This document shows positions 40,611 to 53,800 of a stretch of 64,000 nt of DNA, in pieces (position 1 is the first letter of the stretch; each line of letters begins with the position of its first letter). Under the pieces are notes generated by a model. That model ran no database searches, was not told where the DNA came from, and saw only the letters and a list, made by a program, of their open reading frames with translations. A program made the position numbers and the translations under genes. The DNA is from Piromyces finnis finn (Eukaryota > Fungi > Neocallimastigomycota), in contig MCFH01000060.1 in the NCBI GenBank assembly GCA_002104945.1, positions 259,602 to 323,601 on the forward strand, in the 5' to 3' direction.

Positions 40611-40810
40611 TTTAAATATTAAGTAATTATTAAATAAAAAATTACATTATAAATAAAAACTTTCATATATACAATATTGTTTAATAAATATCTACAAATT
40701 AATAATATATAAATTCTTAATAGACACTTTTATAATAATAAAAAATATATTTAGTATTTATATATTATATTTGAAATTTACAATAAAATGCATATTTAAT
40801 ACACAATTTT

Positions 40811-42543
40811 TCATTGATTTATATAATAAATTGGAATATTTTGATTTTCATTGTAATATTGGTTAGATTCAATGGATAATAAATTAATTTCATTACTTGA
40901 ATAGGAAGAAAAGGTATTCATTGAAGTTTCATTACTTGGAATTGTTGGAGTAAAGACATCATCATTACTTGAAACTATTGGAGTGAACATAGTTTCATTA
41001 CTTGGAATTGTTGGTGTTATGATTATTTCATCATTTGGGGTCAATGGTGATAAAGATGAATAGGAAGATGATGGAGAAAGTGAAGGTTCGGAAATTATTG
41101 GAGATAAAGAAAAAATGTTATTATTGTTGCTGCTACTGTTAATTAATAAAAATTGATCATTATTTTCATATTGATCATCAATTTTATATTGATTAATTTT
41201 AATATTTTCATTAATATTTTTACAAATATTATCATTCGATGGAATGATTACTAATTGAGATGAAATTTCAGGAATATAAGATGAATCTTTTGGTGATATT
41301 AAATAAGTAGTTCTAGTTAAATAAGTAGTTCTAGTTAAATAAGTAGTTCTAGTTTCATTATTATTGTATTTATTGCAGTTATTGTATTATTGCAGTTATT
41401 GTAGTTATTGCAGTTATTGCAATTATTGTTTTCATTTTGAATTTCATTTTGATTATGATGATCATATGAATTTGAATTTTTTCTTTTAATATTTATTGGT
41501 TTTAATTGGCTTTGTTTTGACTTTTTTGAATGTTCTTTAATGGTCATTTCAATTTTATTCATGATTGATTCTTCATAATGACATATATGAGAATATTTCT
41601 TGTCTTTACAAAGTTCATTCCAAATTCTAGAAACCAAAGTACTTGTAATCAAATCGACATTGTTATTCACCCTCTTAAGAATCATTCCCCATAAAAGTTT
41701 TATTTGTTGAGTAGTTTTAGCATATTTATTTAAAGATCTGCATAAACGTTCATAATCTTGAATTATTTTGAAATTTCATATTAGTATTTATTCATTTTAT
41801 TTAAATATTTATATTTATATATATTTATATTTATATATATATTTAATAATAAAATAATGTTTATTTAATATACATATAATATACATACTTGGTTGAATTT
41901 TAAATTTTTCAAGTTGATCAATAAGTTTTGCACAAAGTAAATAACGATAGGCTTGAGTTCTATAAATTATAATATAATAAATAAAATATAATAAAATATA
42001 ATAAAATATAATATTATTAATTATTTAAAATATTTAATAATTTATATATACTTTATACCATTTTATATTTTATATTTTTTATTTTTACTTACTTTGAAAT
42101 ATTCCATTTTGATTTTACATAATCATCAAGATTGTAACCTTGATTAAGATATTCTTTTGAATTTAAAGATTGATGGATATCGTTAATGTATCTTTTAAAT
42201 TCTTCTTGCTTTAAAAGATATGCATTAAGTGGACTAAAAATTTTGAATTTCGATTATTATTCATTAATATAAAGAATATATAGATAGAATAAAAATGATA
42301 AAAATAATAATAATGATAAAAATAATAAAAATAATAAAAATTATATTATATATAGATATATATAGATAGAATAAAAATAATAATAAAATTATGTTAGAAA
42401 TAATGTAATTAAAAAAATAAACAATATAAATCTACTAAAGTATTAAATATAATTGATAATTGATAATTGAAATGTGATGGATAATGAATAATGGATGATA
42501 ATACTTATAATACTTACTTTTCTAAAGAGCAAAGATCACTCAT
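40811..42543 (-). pseudogene. HTH-like repeat-family gene, copy C; 1-bp deletion in the Asn/Cys repeat and replaced 3' end
   Basis: ATG at 42543 (MSDLCSLE). A frameshift near 41385 (AATAATAC for AATAACTAC) splits the ORF (track ORFs 41335-41685 and 40811-41044). Homology stops at about 40822, giving IPIYYINQ* instead of IPIYYTTP... Confidence 0.75.
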
Positions 42544-43089
42544 TTTTGTCAAAGATAAAATGTTTGAATTTTAAATATTATTAAAATTGAATTGTATTGT
42601 TCTTTGAAGACAATGTAAAATTAAAAATGTTATGAATGTATTTTGTATTGTTTACTTTCTTTTTTTTTTTAATTTAACTTTGGTATGACAAAATTACAAA
42701 ATATTTACAAAATGGAAAAATTTGAAAATAAAAATTAAAGCTATTGTTTTAAAAATAAAATGAGAAAAAAAAGAGAACAATGGCTTTGTATTTATATTCT
42801 CTCCTATGCAACTTTAAGAATTATAAAAATCAAAAATTTAATATATCAAAACATTATAAAAAAGAGTTTAATAATAAAATAAAAAAAATAAAAACAAAGG
42901 TTTAAGAATAAATTAAAACAACATTTCAATTTATTTAAATTCACCTATTGGCTATTTGAAATTAAATCAAAGAAAACATTTCATTTATTTTATATTATTT
43001 TATATTATTTAATATTTTATTTTATTGAAGAAAAAAAAGATATTTTTTATTATTTCTGAATAAAAAGCCAATAAAAAAATTATAACAAA

Positions 43090-44385
43090 AATTAATATAT
43101 AATTAATATATAATTTAATATAAATATATTAAATAAATAAACATTAATAAGAAGTAATCTCCGATTGCAAACAAATATTAAAAATAAAATAACTATAACC
43201 ATTTATATGAAAACATTTCATGAATATTTTAATTTTTTTTTTTTTTTGGAAAATATTTTCGAATTTCATCTTCTAGACTTTTAAATCAAAATCAATATAT
43301 TAATATAATATATATTTAATAAAATTATGAATAAACTAATTATTTCACCATTCACACATTTTTATTTATTTATGGGAATTGCAATATATTATCAATATTT
43401 TCACTAATTTCTCCTTTTTCAACTTCATAGGGTTTAGAGTTATGTTGATCACTATTAAATAAACTATTTTTATTATCTCTATTATTATCATTGTTGTCAT
43501 TGCTATTATTTATATTATTATTATCAATTATTTCAATTGGCGATTTTAGTGAATATTCAAAATCATGAATTGAAAATTGATCAAGGGATTAAATAATAAT
43601 ATGTATAATATGATATTTCAAAATAATTATAAAAATAGATTTTTTTTTTATTTTAAAAATAAATTTAAATGATACGGAATTTTAATAAATTTTTCAATAT
43701 TTTCACATTTTCCTCTCTAAGTATTATTAATTATTTGATATAGCATTAAATTATTTAAATAATATGCTTTTATAAAAAAATAAAATTTAGTAGTATGATA
43801 TTCAAAAGTAATAGTTTATTATAATAAGTATTACTAATGTTTCACAATAAAAATAAAAGAAATAATTATAAAATATATATAGTAAAACAAGAATGTATAA
43901 TACTTTTTCTATATATTTTTATTGTAGAATATCAGTAAATAATATATATCTTAAATATCTTAATATATAATACTATAATTATTTTTATTTTGTATTATAA
44001 AATCAACTTTGTAATAAATTATTATGATAAAAAGATAATTATATTAATTTAAAATAAAAAATAAAAGCATATGAATTTTAATTAGTTTAATACTTAATTT
44101 AAATATTTTATTTATATTTTAATTCATTATTTAAAATTTATTCATAATTTTATTAAAATATATGTTATATTAATATATTGATTTTGATCTAGAAGTCTAG
44201 AAGTTGAAATTTAAAAATATTTTCCAAAAAAAAAAAAAAAAATTAAAATATTCATGAAATGTTTTCATATAAATGATTATAGTTATTTTGTTTTTAATAT
44301 TTATTTACAATCGGAGATTATTTCTTATTAATATTTATTTATTTAATATATTTATATTAAATTAGATATTAATTTTATATTAATT
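43090..44385. repeat. Local inverted repeat: ~245-bp arms (about 43090-43335 and 44137-44385) of the HTH-gene upstream segment
   Basis: Arms are reverse complements (e.g. CTTCTAGACTT..ATCAAAATCAATATATTAATATAA versus TTATATTAATATATTGATTTTGAT..AAGTCTAGAAG). Both contain the ATCGGAGATTA core that also lies upstream of copies A, B and D. Confidence 0.75.
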
Positions 44386-44476
44386 TGATTTAGGATTAAT
44401 TTTTATTAAATACAATTAAAAAAATAATAAAATAAAAAAGATAATATATATAAAAAATATAAAACAAAAATTAAAA

Positions 44477-44558
44477 CGTCACCTGCAGGACTCGAACCTG
44501 CGCTCCCAAAGGGAAATGGCTTAGCAGGCCACCGCGTTAACCACTCCGCCAAAGTGAC
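44477..44558 (-). tRNA. tRNA-Ser(GCT), identical to the copy at 31976-32057
   Basis: Same 82-nt cloverleaf; about 90 bp of downstream and 25 bp of upstream flank are shared with the first copy. Confidence 0.95.
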
Positions 44559-44626
44559 TTCAAATTTCATATTAAATGATACGCTACTCACATAAAAACA
44601 TAATAAAAACTAACTGAATAAACACG

Positions 44627-45268
44627 TGTCAAGAGTTAGAGTGGATTTAGAACTATAATTAAGTCTACTAGGTTAGGATAGGCTTAATTATATAGTAAAT
44701 AATAAATTTTTATAAATAAAAGAGTAATAAATATAGTTTTTTTAAGAAATATTTTATTTAATTTTTATAATATAAGTAAATGATAATTATTAATTTTAAA
44801 TATTGAATTTACTATATAAAAATGAGTATAATAATCTCACAAAGAACTTCTTAAAGTTGTTCTTTGTTCAACTTATTTATACTTCATTTTTAATATAATG
44901 TTGATATTAATAAAGTATAATAATAATATAATTTAAGTTATACATGTATAATAATATAAATATAAATATTAATAAAATATAATAATAATAATAATATAAT
45001 TTTCTTTAAATATCGATATTAATAAGTTGTTAAAAATAATATTAATAATTATTTAAATGAATCTTATTTTACTAATTGGTTTGTTTAATATTAATTAATT
45101 GTTACACTATTTATCTCCGGATAATAAATAGCTTTCCAATTAATATTTATATTAAATAAACTATTATTAGTAAAATATTATTAAATTAATATTTTAATTA
45201 ATTTAACTAATAATTCAAAATTATGAAATTTCATGAAATGTCAAATTTCATGAATTGTGATTTTGACA
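44627..45268 (-). repeat. 3' LTR of outer element
   Basis: Direct repeat of 56797-57438 with TG...CA termini. Confidence 0.95.
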
Positions 45269-45779
45269 ACGCCCTTCCACTAAAATTGGATACTAGACAA
45301 TTTTTTGATAGTGGAATATCTTATATTGAATTTAAAATATTGAAATTTTAATATTTTCAAAATTTTTGAAATTTCGAAATGGTCACATGAGGATGGAGGA
45401 ATGAATTTTAAATGGCCATTTCGCGAAATTTCAAAAGTTGTCAAAAATTGGTAAAAATGAAATTTTGTTATGAAATACATATATGTATTGTATGAAAAAC
45501 ATGTTTTTGTAATTTTTTGTGTTGTACAACTGTTATAATTGAAATTTTGATTTTTTTGAAATTTTAAATTTCAATTTTAAAAGGTTTTTTATGTTTTTTG
45601 AAAATTTTAAAATTTAATATTGAAAATATTAATAATAATAAATTAAAAAATAAAATTTATAGTTGGAAAATAATGAATATAAAAATTTTTGAAATTTCAA
45701 TTTTTAAATCTGTGATGGGTTAAATTGAAGTAATTTTGTATTATAATAGTTTTCTCATTTTTTTTCATTCTCTTTCTCT

Positions 45780-45825
<46 letters not shown>

Positions 45826-45831
<6 letters not shown>

Positions 45832-48800
45832 ATAAGCGATATCAATAGGCTTCCTATTGTTCTTTAAATATAATAAGAAGATATTTTGGTTTCTTGGGTT
45901 ATCTTCAACTTCACTAGAAGGAACCCAATTATATTGAGAACGGTATTTGTATCTAATTTTGTATTCATACCGTTTAAGTTTATAATTAGTTCGAAATCCC
46001 GCAATCTCAATGATATCTTTAATTGATTCGGGATCCTTTGCTCTTGATAAAAATCTTGAAGGAGTAGGAATAAAAGGTTCAAGTTCCGAAATATGGAAGA
46101 TTGGATGATGTTTTGGGAAAGGAGAGTTGTGTATATCTATTTTATAATTGTTATTTTCCAAAACATATAAAACTTTATAGGGTCCATATTTACAAGGAGA
46201 AAGTTTTGGAGTTTCTTCCGTAGAAAAGGATGGAGGAGCTTGAATCCAAACTTTATCGCCAACTTTAAATATAGGAGGTGACATCCTTTTCTTATCGGCA
46301 TGTTTTTTATATAAATCCTTGGCTCTAAATAAAACTTCTTTAACATAATTAAAATTATCACAAACATTTCTAATAAAATTATTATTAGTATAGGATTTGT
46401 CATAAAGAAAAACATCATCAACAGGAGGGTGGAATCCATAGTTAATAAAGAAAGGACTTTGTTTGGTAGACTCATTAATAGAATTGTTATAAACAAATTC
46501 GGCTAAGTGAATCCATTCAACCCAATCATCATGATAATAGGACTTTGAATAACAGCGGAGATATTGTTCAATAAAAGAGTTACATCTTTCAACTTGCCCG
46601 ACCGTTTCATGATGATCAGTGGTAGCAATTTTAGTTTTAACTTTAAGTTCTTCCATTAAATTATTCCAAAGATCACTAGTAAATTGAGAACCACGATCAG
46701 TATAAATATCAGAAGGCAATCCATGAAGTTTAAATATATTTTTAATAAAAGCTGTAGCTGTTTGTTTAGCATCGGGTATTTTCTTAAAAGGAACTAAATG
46801 AATCATTTTTGAAAATCTATCTACAGTAACCATTAGAACAGTATATCCTTTAGAATCAGGTAAACCACATAAAAAGTCAATTTCAACAGAACGCCATGGT
46901 CTATCAGGAGTTTCTAAAGGTTGTAAAGGACCATATTTTTTGTGTTTATTGAATTTGTTTCTAGTACAAGTTTCACAAGAATTAACAAATTCAGTTACAT
47001 CTTTATGAATTTTTGGCCACCAATAGTTTCTAGTAATTAATTCTTCAGTTCTTTTAATACCCAAATGACCAGCAGCAGGATTTTCATGGTATCGCATTAG
47101 TACTTCTAATCTTAAAGCTTCAGGAATATATATTAAATTATTATAAAGAATCATATTATTTTGAATCTTGAATTTATTCATTTTCCTAAAAGGTTTATAA
47201 AAATAACCTTGATTAGCATTATTTGGTGCAAAATATAATCTAATATCATTTGCGGTATCATCTGTTTTAGTATATTCAATAACTTTATCAATAAAATCAC
47301 TAAGAATTCCCACAAAACATGGAATATTTTTAACATTTTTTATATCTAAAATATTCTCAGGTTTAATTTGTTCATTACCAGAATTATAATCAGGTCTTCT
47401 AGAAAGACTATCAGGCTTACCATTTTTTCTTCCTTGGCGATAAATTAATTCAAAATCATATTCCTGGAAGAAGAGATGCCAACGATGTTGACGTTGATTT
47501 TGAATTTTTCCACCTAAAGTATAAAGTAAATTACGGTGGTCTGTATAAACTTTTACTTTAAATTTAGCACCTAAAAGTAGATGTCGCCAAGCCGAAAAAG
47601 CAGATTTAATAGAAAGAAGTTCTTTATCTGTAATAGAATAATTCCTTTCTGTATCATTTAAACTTCTGGAAAAATAAGCAACAGGATGTAGTTTTTTATC
47701 ATCATCATATTGAGATAAAACGGAACCTATTGCGAAATTACTGGCATCACATTCTACTATGAACGGCCTATTAGTATCAGGAAAAACTAAAACGGGAGAA
47801 GTAATTAATTTATTTTGTAATTTTACAAAAGCATCATCACATGTCTTATCCCAATGAAATTTAGCATTTTTCCTAGTTAAATTATGTAAAGGTTTGGCAA
47901 TTTTTGCAAAATTATTAACAAACCTTCTATAATAATTACAAAGACCAAGAAAGCGTTGAACATCTTTAACACATTTTGGTCTAGGCCATTCTTTAATAGC
48001 TTCGATCTTCTTTGGATCAGTAGAGATACCATTACTTGATATAGTGAAACCTAAGAATTCAACTTCATTTTTATGAAATTCACATTTTTCAAATTTTGCA
48101 TATAAGTTGTTTTGTATTAATTTATCTAAAACAGATCTTACATGGTTGATATGATCGTTGAGATTTTCTGAGAAAATTAAAATATCATCCATGTATAAAA
48201 TAACAAATTTATCCAAATATTCGCGTAATATTGAATTTATGAATGATTGGAATGTTGCTGGAGCATTTTTTAATCCATATGGCATTACTAAATATTCGTA
48301 ATGGCCAAACTTTGTTCTAAAAGCGGTCTTATATTCATCACCTTCTTTTATTCTTATCAAATTATAAGCTGATCTCAAATCTAATTTAGTGAAAATTTTT
48401 GAACCCCTAACCCTTTCAATGATATCTGATATTAAAGGTAAAGGATACGAATTCCTTACTGTTACAGAGTTTAACTTTTTGTAATCAATACAAACCCTTA
48501 GTGAGCCATCTTTTTTCTTCTGGAAAACAACAGGATAACCTGCAGGAGATTCAGAGGGTCTAATAAAACCTTTTTTAAGATTTTCATTAATATATTCTTG
48601 TAAGGCTTCTTCCTCTTGTCTTGACAAAGGATAAATAGGTCCATAATGTAAAGTGGCATCATTTTCTAGGACTATTTTACAATCAGTTAAACGGTGTGGA
48701 GGTAACTTATCAGCTTTTGATTTGCTGAAAACAACAGCAAGATCTTTATATTCATTAGGGATATCATCCATGATAAGGGTTAGGTCATTTTCTTCATCAT

Positions 48801-49545
48801 CTTCAAAATTTTCGATATTTTCAGATAAAAATGAATGGATAAAATAATTGATATCACTCTTATTAGAAGACATAGAACTATTATCTTTAACTTGAAGATT
48901 AGATTTATGAGAGAAATTAGTAGAATTATTATTAGTATTATCGGAAAATGAATAATTAAAATCTTTTTTAGAATGAGAAATTTTTAAATTTTTTGAAAAA
49001 ATTTTTAAATTCTTATTATTGAAGTGTTTAAAATTATTACAATATAAATGATTATTTTTATAATTAAAATGAATCTTAAATTTCTTCATGAATTTATTTC
49101 CAAATAATAAATCCATAGGAATATGTTCTGAAACTAAGAATTTTTCTTTAAAAGATATAAAATAAAATTTGTTTTTGATAAAAATTTTTAATTGAAATTT
49201 TAAATAAACATAATCATTGATATCAGTAGTAAACCCACTAATACCTTTTATAATCAATTTGTTTTTTAATTTTCTTTTAATTAAATTATATTTTTCTACA
49301 AATATGGTAGAAATAAAGTTGCATGAGGAACCTGAATCAAGTATTGAATTACAGGTTATTGGAGAATTGGTAATAAAATTAGAGTTGTTATTTAGAAATT
49401 CTTTAGGAATATATGAGTTAAAGGTTAAAAATGAATTTAAATTGGGATTTTCTTTGTTCTCTAGAGATGGGAAATTATAATAAATAATTTTTGGTGTATT
49501 ATGAACATCCATTGACGTCTTATGGTGTTCATTGTTTAAAAATTT
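45826..49545 (-). CDS. pol: Pol of outer element (protease-RT-RNaseH-integrase-atypical chromo-like C-terminus), probably expressed by -1 frameshift
   Basis: LDSGSSCNF (PR); YMDDILIF (RT); DAS, DKELL, TDH and D.LSR (RH); GHLG..T..WWP..C..C, DF..GLP and SDRG/TDRGSQF, GQVER (IN). The frame is open from 49545 through the Met at 49512. Confidence 0.92.
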
Positions 49546-50171
49546 TTTGAAGAAATTTTTTGAGTTTTTGTAGTGGAATAATTATTATTATTATTATTAC
49601 CACCATTGTTATTAGTTGAATAATTAGATTTTAAATTATTATTGTTATTATTATTATTGTGATATTTTTGATAATTGTTTCTATTATTATTATAATTATT
49701 GTTATTGTTATTATAAAAAGAATTTTTTCTTCCATGGCTTTTATTATTAATTTGGTTTAACTTTTTATTTGAGACATTGTTTTGTTCAAATAAAATACAT
49801 CTTGTGAAAATAGCTTCGAGAGTAGTAGGAAAGTCATCTAATCTTTCAATATCTTCTTGATACTTAGGATGAAGACCAGTATAAAACATAAGAGTAACAG
49901 CTTCTTGATCCCAGTTAAAATATTGAATATATGATCTAAATTCTTCCATATATTCATTAATTTTTCCATATGTTTGTTTCAATTTACTTAGCTTAATCTT
50001 GGCTAATTTGCGGCTTGAAACATTTGGAAAAGCATTTTTTAATTCTACTAATAATTCAAACATAGTAGAGGGATGAGTATTTCCACTGTATCTTGTTAAA
50101 TACCAAGTTCTAGCAATTCCTCTTAATCTTGTTTTAACAAAATTAATTTTGGCTTCTTCCATCATATGCTT
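49536..50171 (-). CDS. gag: Gag of outer element, C-terminal part
   Basis: AKINFVKTRLRGIARTWY..LKQTYGKINEYMEEFRSY..MFYTGLHPKYQEDI is a retrotransposon gag domain; it continues in frame from 56308 once the insert and one TSD copy are removed. Confidence 0.88.
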   Translation of the reverse strand, partial: KHMMEEAKINFVKTRLRGIARTWYLTRYSGNTHPSTMFELLVELKNAFPNVSSRKLAKIKLSKLKQTYGKINEYMEEFRSYIQYFNWDQEAVTLMFYTGLHPKYQEDIERLDDFPTTLEAIFTRCILFEQNNVSNKKLNQINNKSHGRKNSFYNNNNNNYNNNRNNYQKYHNNNNNNNNLKSNYSTNNNGGNNNNNNYSTTKTQKISSKNF

Positions 50172-50176
50172 ATTAG

Positions 50177-50585
50177 TGTAAAGAACTAATGTTCAATAAA
50201 TAAAAACACAAATATATAAAAAGGAAAATAATAAAAGCAAATAAAAATTTTATTATTGAACACTTAACAAAATTATAACAGGTTAGTGTTTAATAATTTT
50301 ATTTTTATTATAAAATTTCTTTGTTAATAAAAACTCGAATTCAAAATAATTTTTTGAGAAATTTCACTCGTATTTATATAAATGTTTTTAAAAGTAAATT
50401 TATAAAAATTTTACAACTTAATTTTTTAAGCCAATCAGAAATTATCTTCTTTGGTAAAATTTCGTTATAAAATATTTTAATAATTAAAAAAAAGATATTA
50501 ATGAGGTTTCGAACTCGAGTAGTTCAAACCAAGGTCTTAGTTACTAACCACTAAGACAGGTTACTAATTTCTATGATTCGTTACA
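50177..50585 (-). repeat. 3' LTR of inner element
   Basis: Direct repeat of 55899-56307. Confidence 0.95.
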
Positions 50586-50683
50586 TGGTCCTCCTCCAGG
50601 ATTCGGATACCAGACGAATCAACTAAATTTATTTGTTACTTTATTATAAAAGAAATAATTGAAACGAGTGAATACATTTTGAA

Positions 50684-50728
<45 letters not shown>

Positions 50729-50831
50729 TGAATATTAAATTATAAATATATTTTTTCATTTTCTATTTTCTATTTTCTATTCTCTTTTTCTCTTATCAAT
50801 TACTAATTTTTTTTTAAATTAATAACTATTA

Positions 50832-53800
50832 CTAATGTGAATTATTAAAGTTTTTAATTAGTTCATCGCAGTTTAAATTACTTTCAGGTTCCCAAGATGC
50901 TTCTGAAAGCGGATAACCTTTCCATTTTATTAGATATTGAATCTTCCCATAATGCTTTCTTTTATCAAGTATTTCTTCTACTTCGTATTCTTCTTCTTCA
51001 TTTACTATTATAGGTGGAGGTGGATCTTTGATTCTTCCAAAACTATCTTCATAATACGGTTCTAGGTTTGAAACATGAACAATTGGGTAAATCTTCAGCG
51101 ATTTTGGTAATTCTAATTTATAAGTGAGATTAGAGATTTTACTAATTATCCTAAACGGGCCAAGTTTCCTAGGATTAAATTTTTTATTTCCTTTATGAAT
51201 TATCAAGGAGCTATCCAACCATACTTTGTCACCAGTCTTGAATGTCGGAGGTTCTTGTCTATACTTGTCGGCATATTTCTTTTGAACTTGGATGGCCTTC
51301 TTTAAGTTTTCTTTTAGTTTCTCCATTAGGTCTTCAAAGTCTCTTGTAAACTCTTCAGCTCTTGGAACATTCGTTTGGTCAGGAATTACCGGAGAGTATT
51401 TTGGGTGATAACCATAATTTAGGAAGAATGGTGAGAATTTTGTTGAGTCTTGAACAGCATTATTGTAACTGAATTCTGCCAATGGAAGAAAGTTGATCCA
51501 GTTTGTTCCTTTATAATTAGAAAAGCATCTTAAATATTGTTCAACAACGGAGTTTACCCTCTCCGTTTGGCCATTGGATTGATGATGATATGGTGAAGAA
51601 TATTTAACATTGACGTCCAAAGATTGACAAATAGATTTCCAAAATTTCGAAGTGAATTGCGCGCCTCTATCGGAAATAATTTCAGAGGGGAGACCGTGAA
51701 TTTTGAAAATATAATTCAAAAAAGCAAAAGCAGTATCAGAAGCAGAAGGAATACCTTTAAAGGGAATGAGGTGGCACATTTTAGTAAGGCGGTCAACTAC
51801 AACAAGAATAGTGTTAAATCCATCCGAAGGAGGGAGGTCAGTAATGAAATCCATAGAAATAGAAGCCCAAGGATGGTCACTAATCTCAAGGGGTTGAAGT
51901 AAACCATATGGTTTATGACGAGAAGGCTTGGAGCGGCAACAAATCTCGCAAGATCGGATATAATTCTTAACATCAATAGAAATGGATGGCCACCAAAAGT
52001 CACGAGAGATCAAAGAAATAGTTTTGCGGATACCAAAATGACCGGCAGAGGGGGAATCATGACAGAGTTTCAAAACGGAGGGACGGCATTTTAAAGGGAC
52101 ATAGATTCTACTATCAAAAAGAAGAAAACTATTACTAAGGGAGAATTTATTACTTTGTGGATGTGGAGCTGGGAGATTCTTATTTTCAAGAAAATTGCAA
52201 ATGTCAATGTAAAAAGAGTCGTTCACATATTCAGATAATATTTCATCATTAAGAGAAGAAATGGAACAAATCAAAGCGCAGAAATTCTCAGGGCGTAAAA
52301 CCGAAAAAGGAGCATCAGAAGGAAGAGAGGAATCCATATAATCAGGTCTTCGTGAAAGCGCATCAGGTTTACCATTAGATGAACCAGAGCGGTAGAGAAT
52401 TTTAAAGTTAAATTCGGAAAGGAAAAGGGCCCAACGAACAAGACGTTGTGACATTTTTTCCGGTTTCTTTTGATATAGTAAGTTTCGATGATCTGAATAA
52501 ATAGTAAACGGGGTTAAAGCACCTTTGAGAAAATGTCGCCAAGTTTCAAGAGCATTAACAATAGCTAAAAGTTCTTTATCGTATATAGGATAGTTTCTTT
52601 CAGCGGAAGTAAGAGATCTTGAATAGAAAGCGACAGGATGGATCATTTTATCATCAGGAGATTTTTGAGACAGAACTGCTCCTATAGCAAAGTTGCTAGA
52701 GTCGGTTTCAACAATAAAGGGAAGATCACGATTTGGGTGAGACAGGATGGGAGCAGATGAAATTAATGATTTAATGGTATTAAATGCATCAAGAGCTTCA
52801 GAGGAAAAATCAAATTTAACGTTTTTACGAAGTAGTCTGTGAAGGGGTTGTGCAACTTTGGCAAAATTAGGAATAAACCGACGATAGTAGTTGGCTAGGC
52901 CAATAAAAGATTGAACTTCCTTGACACTGGACGGAACTGGCCAATTAATAATAGCAGAAACTTTATTGGGGTCCATATGTATACCTTCAGAGGATATCCG
53001 ATGACCAAGGAAATCAATAGAGGAAACAAAGAATTCACACTTTTCAAGCTTAGCATAAAGACCAGCATTTCTTAAGCGATCCAGGACTTCGATAACGTGC
53101 TTAATGTGGGATTTATGGTTTTCAGAAAAAATAATTAAATCGTCAATATATGAATAAACAAAAATCCCTAGAATATTTTCCAGAACATCATTGATAAAAT
53201 GCTGAAAAACAGCCGGGGCGTTTTTCAGTCCGAATGGCATTACCAGGTATTCAAAGTGGCCGAATTTGCAGGTGAAAGCTGTTTTATATTCATCACCCTT
53301 TTTGATTCGGACCAAATTATATGCTGATCGTAAATCCAATTTTGAGAAGATTTTCGCTTTACCAAGATGCTCTAGCATATCTTGAATCAGAGGTAGAGGA
53401 TAGGAATCTCTAATGGTAATTTTGTTGAGTTCCCTATAATCTTGACAAAGACGGAGTTCACCATTCTTTTTAGGAACGAAAAGTACAGGCGCACCAGCAG
53501 GAGATTTGGATTTCCTAATGAAACCCTTTTTGAGGTTTTCATCGATATAATCCTTCAAAACTCTTGTTTCTTCGTCTGTTAGTGGGTAGATTGGTCCATA
53601 AAATAGCTTGGCATTTTCGATTAGGTTTATTTGGCAATCATAAGGACGATGAGGTGGTAATTGAGCAGCAGAAGATTCGCTAAAGACGTCCATATATGAT
53701 TCTAATTCCTTCGGAAGTTTAGTAGTAGGATTTGAGTCTTTAAAAGAGTTTTTTGGTGAACAAGAATCAACTTTAGAAAGAGATATATTAGAAGCCATGA

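Noticed and set aside
44406-44591. 61-aa minus-strand ORF
   Set aside because: It is the translation through the tRNA-Ser gene.
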